A DNA stretch of 64,000 bases, taken from the NCBI GenBank assembly GCA_001567355.1, contig JYNZ01000003.1:402263-466262 (forward strand), read 5' to 3'. Below the pieces are notes generated by a model that saw only the letters and a list, made by a program, of their open reading frames with translations, was not told the DNA's origin and searched no databases. How positions within the stretch are numbered: the first letter of the stretch is position 1; each line of letters begins with the position of its first letter. Positions 36,806-46,134 of this stretch are shown one piece after another. The stretch comes from a candidate division WS6 bacterium OLB20. Its GTDB lineage: Bacteria > Patescibacteriota > Dojkabacteria > B142 > OLB20. The translations under genes were made by a program, and so were the position numbers.

Positions 36806-37525
36806 TTAATCCCTGTATGGCTCCCAGCTGCCACCGCGGCAGATGTAATTACGAACCCCATCTACAGACGGGTCAGCATCGACATAACCGAATGATCCGT
36901 CGCCGCATGCCTCAGTCAGCTCTGCAGAAGTCAGTTCGAGCGGTACAAGATTAAAGTCAAACAGGTTCTGTGCCACGCCGAGCAGCATGGCGATTATCTG
37001 GATGATGAGTATCCCCATGGTTGAAACAACAACACCGATGATCGCGTTCTGGAATATTTTTGCAGATTCCTCCACCTTGTCCGGACTCTCACCCGCGGTT
37101 GTCCGCACCACCATACCGTATATCCCCATCACGATTGCGGCAACCGATATCACACCCATGACTGCGTAGAGGAACATCCTTATCAGACTCGGTATCGCAC
37201 GCTCAGGCGGACCGAAGTTGATACCGGCAAAATTGACATTGTCTTCAACCTCCGCAATTGCCTGCTCAACCTCTTTGCACTTGGAAGGATCTTCTTTTTC
37301 ACACCCCTCACCTGCCTCGATACATTTATACTGACACAGCAGACTGCACTCAGCCTGAGGATCAGTAAAGAGAAGCGCGGAACAGTTAGGATCGACAACC
37401 AGATCAGTGGGCTCGTTTGCGCTGTTGACATCAGTCGGCCTGTCAATAATTGTGCAGCCCACAGCAAACAGCAGCAGTGCTGCAGCAATACCAATTAGTT
37501 TGAAGTTAACCTTCATATCAGCCAC
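36806..37525 (-). CDS. Pilin-like lipoprotein 6: Cys-rich N-terminal domain, hairpin, then a C-terminal domain.
   Basis: Lipobox LLLFAVGC. Cys-rich block CSALLFTDPQAECSLLCQYKCIEAGEGCEKEDPSKC. Hairpin MFLYAVMGVISVAAIVMGIYGMVV...ESAKIFQNAIIGVVVSTMGILIIQIIAML. Confidence 0.5.
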   Translation of the reverse strand: MADMKVNFKLIGIAAALLLFAVGCTIIDRPTDVNSANEPTDLVVDPNCSALLFTDPQAECSLLCQYKCIEAGEGCEKEDPSKCKEVEQAIAEVEDNVNFAGINFGPPERAIPSLIRMFLYAVMGVISVAAIVMGIYGMVVRTTAGESPDKVEESAKIFQNAIIGVVVSTMGILIIQIIAMLLGVAQNLFDFNLVPLELTSAELTEACGDGSFGYVDADPSVDGVRNYICRGGSWEPYRD

Positions 37526-37898
37526 CGATCAGCTGCACACCAAACAGTGCGGAAATAATACCGACAACAACAGGTGCAACAAGAATGATAATAAATCCGA
37601 TTACGGCGAACGTGAGGATCTTTTTTGCCTGCGCCACTTTTTCGTCAGACCCGGCGGCAGTAAGGTATGTAAAACCGCCGTAGATAATCATTGCCAGAAA
37701 CGCAAGTGTCGCCACGGGTATGATAAATGCGCTCAGTGTCGAGAAAATTGACCCGATATCGCTGAACAGCGAGTTTAGCGGGTTCTGAATCGTATTCGGT
37801 CCGTCTGTAGCAGGTGTCGGAGAGGCCGCATTAACAGCACTTACACCAGCAGCAGCAAACAGTAAGATAGCGGCAAGAATGTTTGTGAGTACTTTCAT
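37518..37898 (-). CDS. Pilin-like protein 7 (minimal form). Start taken at MKVLTNIL; the ORF is open to 38024.
   Basis: Signal peptide MKVLTNILAAILLFAAAGVSAVNAA. Hairpin FIIPVATLAFLAMIIYGGFTYLTAAGSDEKVAQAKKILTFAVIGFIIILVAPVVVGII. No ectodomain. Confidence 0.5.
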   Translation of the reverse strand: MKVLTNILAAILLFAAAGVSAVNAASPTPATDGPNTIQNPLNSLFSDIGSIFSTLSAFIIPVATLAFLAMIIYGGFTYLTAAGSDEKVAQAKKILTFAVIGFIIILVAPVVVGIISALFGVQLIGG

Positions 37899-37941
37899 AC
37901 TACCTAGAGTAGCAGACAGAAACGGTGGCAGCAATACTCTG

Positions 37942-39135
37942 CTATTGCAGGAAGTCCAACGGCAGAATGCCGAGAACATTAATACCCAGAAACCGCAGGA
38001 TGACAACAGCGCCAAGTAGTACAATCAGGGCAATAATTGCTGAACTGACAATCTCTTTTGCCTCACGGATCTGCTCGGGATTATCAGTTTGCATCATAAT
38101 GGCTGCCTGGATAAAGCGCAGGATCATGACACCGCCGATTATACCGATACCGATTTGAAACAGCCTGGTTACTATCCCGTTGAGTGATACATCCCAGCAG
38201 CCAAGAGCGTTCCACACAAAGAAACCCTCATCCGCCTCATCGAGATTGCGGGCCACACAGGCGCGACACTGTGTACGCTCCTCCGCATTTTCTTCCGGAA
38301 TATTATCACACCCTTTACTCAACTCACCGGCATCAGGATCTATCGGAGCCGACGCATCTACCAGATTGCCATCTACGCATCTTCTCGTTGCATCGTTCGG
38401 GTCAAGCTCATTGTTGTTGATACAGTAGGCTCCGTTTGCCTCACACGCTGATTCTGATTCAAACGTCTCGGCGGGGTTCATGCGGTCACCATTGAGTACT
38501 CGGCAGTTTCCTCCGCCACCGCACCACCAGAGGGTTTCTGTTTCAATTAAATGGTTTGACCCTTCAAGCCCCCAGATGCTGCTGAGGTCACGATCCTGCT
38601 CTGCGGGTACTGAACTGTTATCTGGACGATAACACTTTCCATCACTATCACTGACGATGCTGTCGTTCGGATCCGGACAGCACAAAAGATCATACGTCAG
38701 GTGAATACCCTGGGGCTGAAGAATGAGATTCGGATGAGACTCGGGACAACACCTGGCTGCACCTCCATACGCCAGGAGCCCGGATGGACTCTTGTCAGCT
38801 ACATATCCATCAAAACATACGTTAAATACCCAGCCGCCCGCATGACTCCAGACCGAATTTACTTCTGTGATATTGCTCAATGCGCAGTGTCTGTTGCCTT
38901 CCACAATGATATTCCGTTCTTCAGAGGAGTTTAAATCATCTGCAAAAAGGTTATTCTCAAGAAAATAATCACCCAGAGGACCAAGCGTTGATGACGGACA
39001 CATGTTCTCGTCACTCACACAACCTGCAGCCAGCGCCTGTGATGATGTAAGGACTGCGACAACGAACACGACTGAAGATACGATAAGGAGCTTCAACGCA
39101 ATCCCTTGAAGGGAGAGTTTATGACCTGACAACAT
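37942..39135 (-). CDS. Pilin-like protein 8: large Cys-rich extracellular domain (~300 aa, ~30 Cys) fused to a C-terminal hairpin module.
   Basis: Signal peptide ..SSQALAAG. Many CxxC/CC pairs. C-terminal LFQIGIGIIGGVMILRFIQAAIMMQTDNPEQIREAKEIVSSAIIALIVLLGAVVILRFL. The ORF is open to 39171, overlapping the 3' end of the Clp-like gene. Confidence 0.55.
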   Translation of the reverse strand: MLSGHKLSLQGIALKLLIVSSVVFVVAVLTSSQALAAGCVSDENMCPSSTLGPLGDYFLENNLFADDLNSSEERNIIVEGNRHCALSNITEVNSVWSHAGGWVFNVCFDGYVADKSPSGLLAYGGAARCCPESHPNLILQPQGIHLTYDLLCCPDPNDSIVSDSDGKCYRPDNSSVPAEQDRDLSSIWGLEGSNHLIETETLWWCGGGGNCRVLNGDRMNPAETFESESACEANGAYCINNNELDPNDATRRCVDGNLVDASAPIDPDAGELSKGCDNIPEENAEERTQCRACVARNLDEADEGFFVWNALGCWDVSLNGIVTRLFQIGIGIIGGVMILRFIQAAIMMQTDNPEQIREAKEIVSSAIIALIVLLGAVVILRFLGINVLGILPLDFLQ

Positions 39136-41449
39136 CAATTTTCTCCAGCGAAGTAATATGCAGTCTGTCACCGTAATCCAGATTGCCGGCGACGATCAGT
39201 TTAGCGATCTTGTTTTCGACCTCGTCCTGAATCACACGTCGAAGTTCGCGAGCGCCGTAGACCGGGTTGTAACCTTTTCGGGCAAGTTCTTCGAGCAGCT
39301 GCGGCGTGTAGGTCAGAGTTATACCTTTCTCTTCCAGTGTTTTAGCCTGCTTCTGCATCATTATCTCAGCGACTTTTTGCACCTCAAGCGGTACAAGCGG
39401 TCTGAATAGAATCACTTTATCAAATCTGTTGAGGAATTCAACGCGCAGGTACTTTGCCAGGATCGGCTGCACCTGTTTTCTGATCTGCTCGTATGGTGTT
39501 CCCCTGGTGGTCAGTTCTGATATCTCGCGGGTACCAACGTTTGAGGTGGCAATAATTATGGTATTGGTAAAATCAACCTTTCTGCCCAGGCCGTCGGTCA
39601 TGCTTCCCTCGTCCAGCACCTGCAGAAACAGGTCCAGTACGCGGGGATTAGCCTTCTCGATCTCGTCAAGCAGCAGGAGCGAGTACGGACGGTTGCGCAC
39701 AGCCTCGGTCAGATAGCCTCCTTCAAACCGGCCGTCGACAGACTTGCCGATCAGGCGGTCAAGATTTGTCTCCTCCTGATACTCAGACATATCGAGCCGG
39801 ATCATCAGTTTTTCGTCTCCGTAGTAAACCGCGGTCAGTGCCTTTGAAAGCTCTGTTTTACCGACACCGGTAGGACCAAAAAACAGAAACGTGGCGATCG
39901 GACGCTTGCCGCTGACAAGTCCAGCCCTGGATCTGCGCATTGCATCAGCAACAGCCTGGACTGCCTCTGTCTGACCGATCAGCCGCTGGTGCAGTTTTTC
40001 CTCCAGATTAACAAGCAGCTCGGACTCGCGGCTGTCGATCGCACCAACTTTGACACCCACCTTGGCAGAGATCACCTCTTCAATCAGCTGCTCGTTAGCA
40101 AACTCAAGTCCTCTACTGCGAGCACTGACCATAACCTCTTCGAGCAGATCGATTCCTTTGTCGGGCAGCACTTTTTCAAAGGCAAACGTATGCGAGAGTT
40201 TTACCAGCCGCACAAGCGCATCAAAACTGACACGAACACCGTAGCGCAGCTCCATCGCGGGCAGCACATCCATCAGAATCTGAACTGCTACAGGGTCTGA
40301 TGGCTCTTTAACCTCAACCAGTTTAAATGATGATGCCAGACCACGTTCTGTCTTGATCTTCTGGTTGTAGCCTTCGGGAGTTGAGACGGCAATCACGCGC
40401 AGATGATAACGGTCCATTGCGCTGACGATAAGATTGACGACTTCGGATGCGATCTCTCTGCGGATGTTAAGCACCTGGTCAAAATCATCAAGGACCAGAA
40501 TGATATTGCCTGCCGACGCTGTCTCCTCAAGTACATTCTGTACACGGGACTTGAACACCTCAACGGTCGGCGCCAGTGAAAACGCCCGGTTAAAATCAAA
40601 TGCCACAAGACGCTTGTCACGAAGTATCGGTGGAACGTCCTCTACCACCATGCGTGTCGCGAGACTGTTCACAAGCGTTGTACGGCCGACTCCGGGCTGA
40701 CCCACTAGCAGTACAGCGCTGGCATCACCCTCCTCAAGATAACTGATCACCTGGTTCAGCTCACCCTCGCGTGCAATCGAGTATGTAAAGTCACCCTTAA
40801 CTGTTTCGGCAGTGAAATCGCGCTGAAACTGAACGAGCACCGGTGAGTATCGTGATGTAAACGCCCTGTTGACTGTAGAAACGGGCTTCAGTGCACGTTT
40901 GGCGTAGAACTCGTCCTTATAGCGTCTGATATCACTTTTATTTTTAAGCCACATACCAAGCGCCTCAACCTCATCCGGCAGAACATTTACACTCTTAAGC
41001 TCCTGCGCAAGGGGCTTCTGCATCAGAAAGAGGAAAAACGCCATCTCATCCACACTGTTAAGGCGCAGATCGTATGACAGCTGAAACGTACTGATCAGCA
41101 CCTGAACAAGCCATGAGTCGATGTGAGTATCGCTTGCCAGGTTGTGCTTTGCCGCCAGTTCAAGCAGCGACCGCTTTTCGAGGCCAAGACGGGCAGCCGC
41201 TTTCTGCACATTGGCATAGCGCAGCACCTCGTGTATCAGCAGTGTCAGAAAGTCCTGCTCACCTGTCCCGGCCAGATCATCAAGAACATTAAGCAGATCA
41301 TGATCTATATACTCCGTTATTTCGATCTCTTCGGGAAGATTACCCTGATTGATCTGTTCTCTAAGTCCCGAAAGCTTTTTCAGTCGCAGAGTATCGACAA
41401 ACAGTGCACGGTTGCGTCTGAGAAACATTGCATACAGATACAGCAGCAC
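39119..41449 (-). CDS. ClpC/ClpB-family Hsp100 AAA+ ATPase with two nucleotide-binding domains and a non-canonical ~230-aa N-terminal region.
   Basis: D1 LLVGQPGVGRTTLVNSLA with IILVLDDFD. D2 FLFFGPTGVGKTELSKAL, LLLLDEIEKANPRVLDLFLQVLDEGSMTD, sensor-2 GARELRRVI. The N-terminus lacks recognisable Clp_N repeats. The annotated start is GTG, immediately after the C6 run at 41451-41456. Confidence 0.85.
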   Translation of the reverse strand: MLLYLYAMFLRRNRALFVDTLRLKKLSGLREQINQGNLPEEIEITEYIDHDLLNVLDDLAGTGEQDFLTLLIHEVLRYANVQKAAARLGLEKRSLLELAAKHNLASDTHIDSWLVQVLISTFQLSYDLRLNSVDEMAFFLFLMQKPLAQELKSVNVLPDEVEALGMWLKNKSDIRRYKDEFYAKRALKPVSTVNRAFTSRYSPVLVQFQRDFTAETVKGDFTYSIAREGELNQVISYLEEGDASAVLLVGQPGVGRTTLVNSLATRMVVEDVPPILRDKRLVAFDFNRAFSLAPTVEVFKSRVQNVLEETASAGNIILVLDDFDQVLNIRREIASEVVNLIVSAMDRYHLRVIAVSTPEGYNQKIKTERGLASSFKLVEVKEPSDPVAVQILMDVLPAMELRYGVRVSFDALVRLVKLSHTFAFEKVLPDKGIDLLEEVMVSARSRGLEFANEQLIEEVISAKVGVKVGAIDSRESELLVNLEEKLHQRLIGQTEAVQAVADAMRRSRAGLVSGKRPIATFLFFGPTGVGKTELSKALTAVYYGDEKLMIRLDMSEYQEETNLDRLIGKSVDGRFEGGYLTEAVRNRPYSLLLLDEIEKANPRVLDLFLQVLDEGSMTDGLGRKVDFTNTIIIATSNVGTREISELTTRGTPYEQIRKQVQPILAKYLRVEFLNRFDKVILFRPLVPLEVQKVAEIMMQKQAKTLEEKGITLTYTPQLLEELARKGYNPVYGARELRRVIQDEVENKIAKLIVAGNLDYGDRLHITSLEKIDVVRS

Positions 41450-41706
41450 TCCCCCCAGAAAACCGCATCAGCAATTCGATCCGGATTGAGCACCTCAAAC
41501 GGCAGAAACCTCCCCTGAAGAAAATCGTACGCCAGCAGCGATCCCAGGGTCAGCAGAAGAACCGCCATCAACAGACGTGACAGTGCTTTCTCCGCTGTTT
41601 CTGTCTCACGTCTGAGGCCATGCTCCTTAAACAGATAGTCCCAGTTCAGGGTTAGCGGCACCCCCTTAAACATTCCTACTGTTTCCTTGCCCTTACGTAA
41701 TCGCAT
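41380..41706 (-). CDS. Small ORF. It may be the 5' extension of the Clp-like gene (a TM-containing N-terminus) if one G is missing from the G6 run; otherwise a small membrane protein.
   Basis: 108 aa with TM LLMAVLLLTLGSLLAY. Inserting one G into the G6 run fuses it in frame to the Clp ORF (AVFWGGVLLYLYAMFLRRNR...). Confidence 0.3.
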   Translation of the reverse strand: MRLRKGKETVGMFKGVPLTLNWDYLFKEHGLRRETETAEKALSRLLMAVLLLTLGSLLAYDFLQGRFLPFEVLNPDRIADAVFWGECCCICMQCFSDATVHCLSILCD

Positions 41707-42025
41707 TTGACAGATAGCGTAACAGCTGAAAAACAGGGATTAGCGGCAGAACAAGGTACATAAGAAAGAGTAATAGCAAGGGGACGGTAACAAACAGCTG
41801 CATGATGCTTCCGACTGTGATCCATATCAGGCGGATCGGAAAGCTGATCGCGTAGCCTATTGCTGAGTAGTCCTGATACAGCGGTACAAAGAGGTTACGC
41901 GCCATCGGCACGACATTAAAGTAGCCTAGCGTGAAGCTCCACATGTTGATCAGATTGCGTGCCACCTGACCGGCCTCAATCACGTACCACCAGAGCCAGA
42001 AATTTATGAAATACTTCTTCATCAA
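41693..42025 (-). CDS. Small polytopic membrane protein, hypothetical.
   Basis: 110 aa, 3 predicted TM helices. Head of the minus-strand run that continues into the Clp-like gene and pilin-like cassette. The convergent GT-C gene starts 40 nt away. Confidence 0.4.
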   Translation of the reverse strand: MMKKYFINFWLWWYVIEAGQVARNLINMWSFTLGYFNVVPMARNLFVPLYQDYSAIGYAISFPIRLIWITVGSIMQLFVTVPLLLLFLMYLVLPLIPVFQLLRYLSNAIT

Positions 42026-42064
42026 CAGGTTTACGACAGTTAGGTCAGTGTAGCACAGCTATCT

Positions 42065-43834
42065 GTGGCAGTCATGCATATTCATGGGTACAGTGGTATA
42101 ATCAGCTGCCAAGTAAAACGCGCCATGAAGAACCTGAAACGCAACCTGCACAAGTATGCAACCGAGATTTATTTTCTTGCGCTGTCGCTGATCATCTTTG
42201 TTCCCCTGCTTCGGCCCGGGTACGTTCTTACGCTGGATCTGATCTTTACACCCCGGATGCATTACCAGTACACCAATTCGCACGGTCTCTACAGCGAGAC
42301 TGCTCGTGATGCCGTTCTTAATCTGCTTGCGAGGATCGTCGATGCCAGTGTGATAGAAAAGCTTCTTCTGATGCTGCTGTTTTTCTGTATCGGTTACTTT
42401 ATGTACCGGTTTCTGCTGCAGCTGCGCAAACGCAACCGCAGTTATGCGATTGTTGCCGCAACGCTGTATATGTGGAATCCGTTCACTTACTCGCGTCTTC
42501 TTGCCGGTCACTGGGCATTTTTATGCGGCTACGCGCTGCTGCCTGTCTTTATGTGGGGACTGCATCACTTCTACCGCCAGAAAAAAATCTCCAACAGACT
42601 GCTGATCGCCTGCTCGGTATCATGGTTTGTGGCAAGCCTTGTCAGTGTTCATTTTCTGCTGCTGTTTGCAGTACCGTTTGCTGTATATACAGTACTGCAC
42701 ATGTTCACCTATGTGCGCTGGGACCGGACTGCAGCCCGTGCCGTAGCTCTGCTGGCATTTATCACGCTGTTTTCACTCAGCTGGATTGTACCCTCGCTTC
42801 TGATAAGCGATGTATCACGCCTGGGTCCGCTGCATCTGATCTTTTTCGCTCCCACTCCCGACCTTCAGTACGGTCTTACCTTTAATCTGCTCAGCATGTA
42901 CGGTTTCTGGGCCGAGAGCACCATCGGCACCATGCCAAAGGAGCTGATCACCGTCTGGCCCCTTCTGACACTGGTTCTGTTAATCATTGTTGCGGCTCCG
43001 CTGATCCGTGCAGGCGGTGATCTGCTTGCCATCAAGAAAAACAAATCCTACAGCAGGACACAGCGTCTGCTGATCGGATCCCTGTTTATCACCGGACTGC
43101 TTGGACTCGTTCTTGCGCATGGCTCTACAGGGTTTATGCAGCCTGTCTGGGATTACCTCTACAATACCGTTCCGGTTCTGCAGCCGTTCCGTGAAGTACA
43201 GAAGTTTCTGCTGCTGTACGTGTTTGCAGCAACCGTTCTGTTCTATTATGGCCTTGACGCTGTTGCCGACCTGATCAGGGAGGGGGTACGTTCTGTCCGG
43301 TCGCGCTTTACAATTGATGCAGAACGGATCACCGCCTTTTCGGGTCTGATACTCGTAATCCTGATTACACCATTGCTTGGTTTTGCCGCTGCAGGGCAAC
43401 TGCAGACAACACAGTATCCCCGGTCCTGGTACCAGCTTGAGGAGGAGCTTACAGAGCGCGCGACCGAGGGGCGTATTCTGGTACTGCCGTGGCGCGCCTA
43501 TGCCGAGTTTCCGTTCAGCAGCAGACAGATTGCTGACCCGTCACGGTCATTTTTCAGCGGTTATGTAATCAGTGAACGTGTTCCGGCCTATCTGCGCTCA
43601 ACCATCGAATGCGAAATTGAATTTACAGAAATTCACCGCAACGAAGTGATCCGCCTCTGCCTCGGCAGTGACTCTGACAAGCAGGACTGGATCAGCCAGG
43701 TCAAACTTAACAGCATCGATTATGTCGTCTTCAACAAAGTTCAGGCCTTCAAGGTTAATGACTTCTTTAATGATGAGGAACACTTTCAACTCATCTATTC
43801 GGATAACTATGCGGATATCTACCGGGTGTTATAA
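42065..43834 (+). CDS. Polytopic integral membrane protein, GT-C-type glycosyltransferase-like (YfhO/PMT-like topology). The true start is probably the Met at 42125.
   Basis: At least 11 TM helices. First extracytoplasmic loop has acidic residues (TLDLIF...SETARDAV). Blocks TLDLI, LYMWNPFTYSRLLAGHWAFLCGYALLPVFMWGL align to the N-terminal domain of the 49001..52660 paralogue. Confidence 0.55.
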   Translation: MAVMHIHGYSGIISCQVKRAMKNLKRNLHKYATEIYFLALSLIIFVPLLRPGYVLTLDLIFTPRMHYQYTNSHGLYSETARDAVLNLLARIVDASVIEKLLLMLLFFCIGYFMYRFLLQLRKRNRSYAIVAATLYMWNPFTYSRLLAGHWAFLCGYALLPVFMWGLHHFYRQKKISNRLLIACSVSWFVASLVSVHFLLLFAVPFAVYTVLHMFTYVRWDRTAARAVALLAFITLFSLSWIVPSLLISDVSRLGPLHLIFFAPTPDLQYGLTFNLLSMYGFWAESTIGTMPKELITVWPLLTLVLLIIVAAPLIRAGGDLLAIKKNKSYSRTQRLLIGSLFITGLLGLVLAHGSTGFMQPVWDYLYNTVPVLQPFREVQKFLLLYVFAATVLFYYGLDAVADLIREGVRSVRSRFTIDAERITAFSGLILVILITPLLGFAAAGQLQTTQYPRSWYQLEEELTERATEGRILVLPWRAYAEFPFSSRQIADPSRSFFSGYVISERVPAYLRSTIECEIEFTEIHRNEVIRLCLGSDSDKQDWISQVKLNSIDYVVFNKVQAFKVNDFFNDEEHFQLIYSDNYADIYRVL

Positions 43835-43853
43835 TTGCTGAAACACTGGAGCC

Positions 43854-44132
43854 GTGAGCGAACAACTTGCGACATACCATATCGGCAGACTTCTTGCGCA
43901 GGAGGCGTTTTCAGAACGCAACTCCACATATCCGGGTACGATCATGGCAATTACACCACTTGAGGTAAGCGCCAGAAAGCTTGCCGGAGAAGCCTCCGAG
44001 TGGGGAGTCAGTCTTGAGCACTACAGCGGATTTATCCCTTACATTGATGTAGAGTTCCGGGTCGCTGCAGCATACTATCTTGCAATTATGTTGCGGGACA
44101 GATACGGGGACACTTCTCCGCACTCATTCTGA
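43854..44132 (+). CDS. Small hypothetical protein (92 aa).
   Basis: ORF only. It fills the gap between the GT-C-like gene and the TP-rich protein gene on the same strand. Confidence 0.3.
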   Translation: MSEQLATYHIGRLLAQEAFSERNSTYPGTIMAITPLEVSARKLAGEASEWGVSLEHYSGFIPYIDVEFRVAAAYYLAIMLRDRYGDTSPHSF

Positions 44133-44232
44133 TACATATCTGTAACATATCTTAATCTTGACCGTAATGCCAGCTATAGGATATAATTCTGACGTTTCAC
44201 TGCCTCGAAACTAACTTTTCAGTAGAACCACT

Positions 44233-46116
44233 GTGAGTGATCTTGACCCAATTCGACGTGACGATGAAGATCTGTTCCGTAGCGATGCAGGTACCGGCGA
44301 CATGTTTGACGAACTGAGACCCACTGAGGGACTTACACCCGAAGAACGCGCGCGCCGCAACCGCATGATCCTTGCAGGCGTTTTGATCATGGCAGCAGCA
44401 ACGATCGTAATTATCGCAGGCATTCTGTATCTGCAGTACGAGGACGGCAGACTGGAACGTATCGGAGAAGCCGGCACCCAGACTGCTGTATATAATGCGA
44501 CAGGAACACAGCACCAGATCTTTATTCGAGATGAAACTGCGACTGCGGAGGCATTTGTCCTGCCGACCAATACTCCAACACCATCTGATACACCGACACC
44601 AACGCTGACTCCAACACCTACACTGACGCCTTCACTGACTCCGACAAGCACACATACACCTACGATAACACCATCGCCCACCTGGACACCCGACATGATC
44701 GGTACCGGCACTGCTGAGGCATACGCAGCTGCCACTGCTACAGAGATCTATAATGACAGTGTCGACTTCGGTCGCAACCTGATCTTCGAGCCTGACAGCC
44801 GGACATGGTTTTCTATCGAGACCGGCTTTATCAATCCTCCCCTGCCCGAAAACCCGACACCGGATCAGATACAGAGATGGATGGACTTTGAAGCCCAGCA
44901 GGCAGAGGTTGTAAGAGCATATGCATATGCACGGTACACAGGCGAAACGTTTGACTCAACTCAGCTTGACAGTGTTATAGCTGCACAGCGGGCATTGTTT
45001 GCAGATTACGGACTTGATCTGTCAGTTGTTGCCGAAACTGCCGCCGCAAGCACTATCGGAGATGGTGATGACGGTAATGATGTACCTGACGGCAATGCGT
45101 TTCTGTACGGCCAGCTTGCTGGTGAATTTGAGTCACTTGTTGAACAGCTGCAGGGCAACGATGGTGATTATGGCAATAACGACGGACGTGCAAACGGTCT
45201 GACACAGCGTACAATGAGACTTCTGACCTTACGCGCAGGAGCACTGGGATCCATGGCCTCCGGTGAAACAGGTATGGATGCGACAATACTTGCTGTAGTA
45301 AACGCGATCCCTGATGTTGACGGATCACCGGCAGCACCGCTAACAGATTTTGATGTTACCGTCTCTGTTGTACCATCGGATCTGATTGCTGGTGGACGCG
45401 GAATAGTAAACCCTGACTTTATTGTCTGGGATTCTGACGTTGACCCTGATTACAGCGGTGGCACTGCTGTACCGGAGACACCGGCGGTGGTCAGAACCGG
45501 AGCGATTTTCTCTCTGCCTCCGGGTCCGGAGGGCACTTTTATGCTGCTTGCCCCCAATGGGGATGTTGACCGGATCGGTGCAACTGCATGTGAGGTAACA
45601 ACCGGTATCAGAACAGGAGACACATTCTCTGATGACGATGGCACTGTGTGCGTTACAGCAGGCCCGGTACTTGGTGTCACTATTTACATGGCTGGTGAGA
45701 CTGATTATGACGAGACAACAATTTACGGCCAGCGGACTGCATTCAGACCGGTGAGCCCGCAAGGGGTACCGGCTGCTACAGCCACATCCGAGGTCCCAGG
45801 CGCACAGCCGACCGACGGTGCCGGCGAGGAGACACCGGTGATCATTCCAACAAGCCAAGGGACACCTGATATAACGTTAATACCACCGACGTTGCAGCCG
45901 ACTCAGCCGGGAGTAACATTTGTTCCTCCTACATCACAACCGACACCTGACAATCCACCTGTGATTCCGACATCACAACCGACACCGGATAGTCCACCTG
46001 CGATTCCGACAGCCCAAAACACACCTGTCGAGCAGCAGGTCATACCGACAGCGCAGAATACACAAGTACCGCAATTTGAGATCCCGACAGCCCAGCCAAC
46101 GCAGGACGGGAACTAA
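44233..46116 (+). CDS. Membrane-anchored surface protein with Thr/Pro-rich linkers.
   Basis: Cytoplasmic N-terminus, one TM (MILAGVLIMAAATIVIIAGILYL). Repeat tract TPTPSDTPTPTLTPTPTLTPSLTPTSTHTPTITPSPTWTP. C-terminal PT/Q-rich repeats IPTSQPTPD..IPTAQNT... Confidence 0.6.
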   Translation: MSDLDPIRRDDEDLFRSDAGTGDMFDELRPTEGLTPEERARRNRMILAGVLIMAAATIVIIAGILYLQYEDGRLERIGEAGTQTAVYNATGTQHQIFIRDETATAEAFVLPTNTPTPSDTPTPTLTPTPTLTPSLTPTSTHTPTITPSPTWTPDMIGTGTAEAYAAATATEIYNDSVDFGRNLIFEPDSRTWFSIETGFINPPLPENPTPDQIQRWMDFEAQQAEVVRAYAYARYTGETFDSTQLDSVIAAQRALFADYGLDLSVVAETAAASTIGDGDDGNDVPDGNAFLYGQLAGEFESLVEQLQGNDGDYGNNDGRANGLTQRTMRLLTLRAGALGSMASGETGMDATILAVVNAIPDVDGSPAAPLTDFDVTVSVVPSDLIAGGRGIVNPDFIVWDSDVDPDYSGGTAVPETPAVVRTGAIFSLPPGPEGTFMLLAPNGDVDRIGATACEVTTGIRTGDTFSDDDGTVCVTAGPVLGVTIYMAGETDYDETTIYGQRTAFRPVSPQGVPAATATSEVPGAQPTDGAGEETPVIIPTSQGTPDITLIPPTLQPTQPGVTFVPPTSQPTPDNPPVIPTSQPTPDSPPAIPTAQNTPVEQQVIPTAQNTQVPQFEIPTAQPTQDGN

Positions 46117-46134
46117 TTATTTATTTATTAATTT

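Noticed and set aside
33695-39171. Interpreting the hairpin proteins as type IV (PilA-like) pilins or as holins
   Set aside because: There is no class III prepilin signal (G/A-F-T-L-I-E) and no PilD-like context. Holins lack cleavable signal peptides and are not found as 8-copy cassettes with large Cys-rich ectodomains. TrbC/VirB2-like topology fits better, but it remains unproven.
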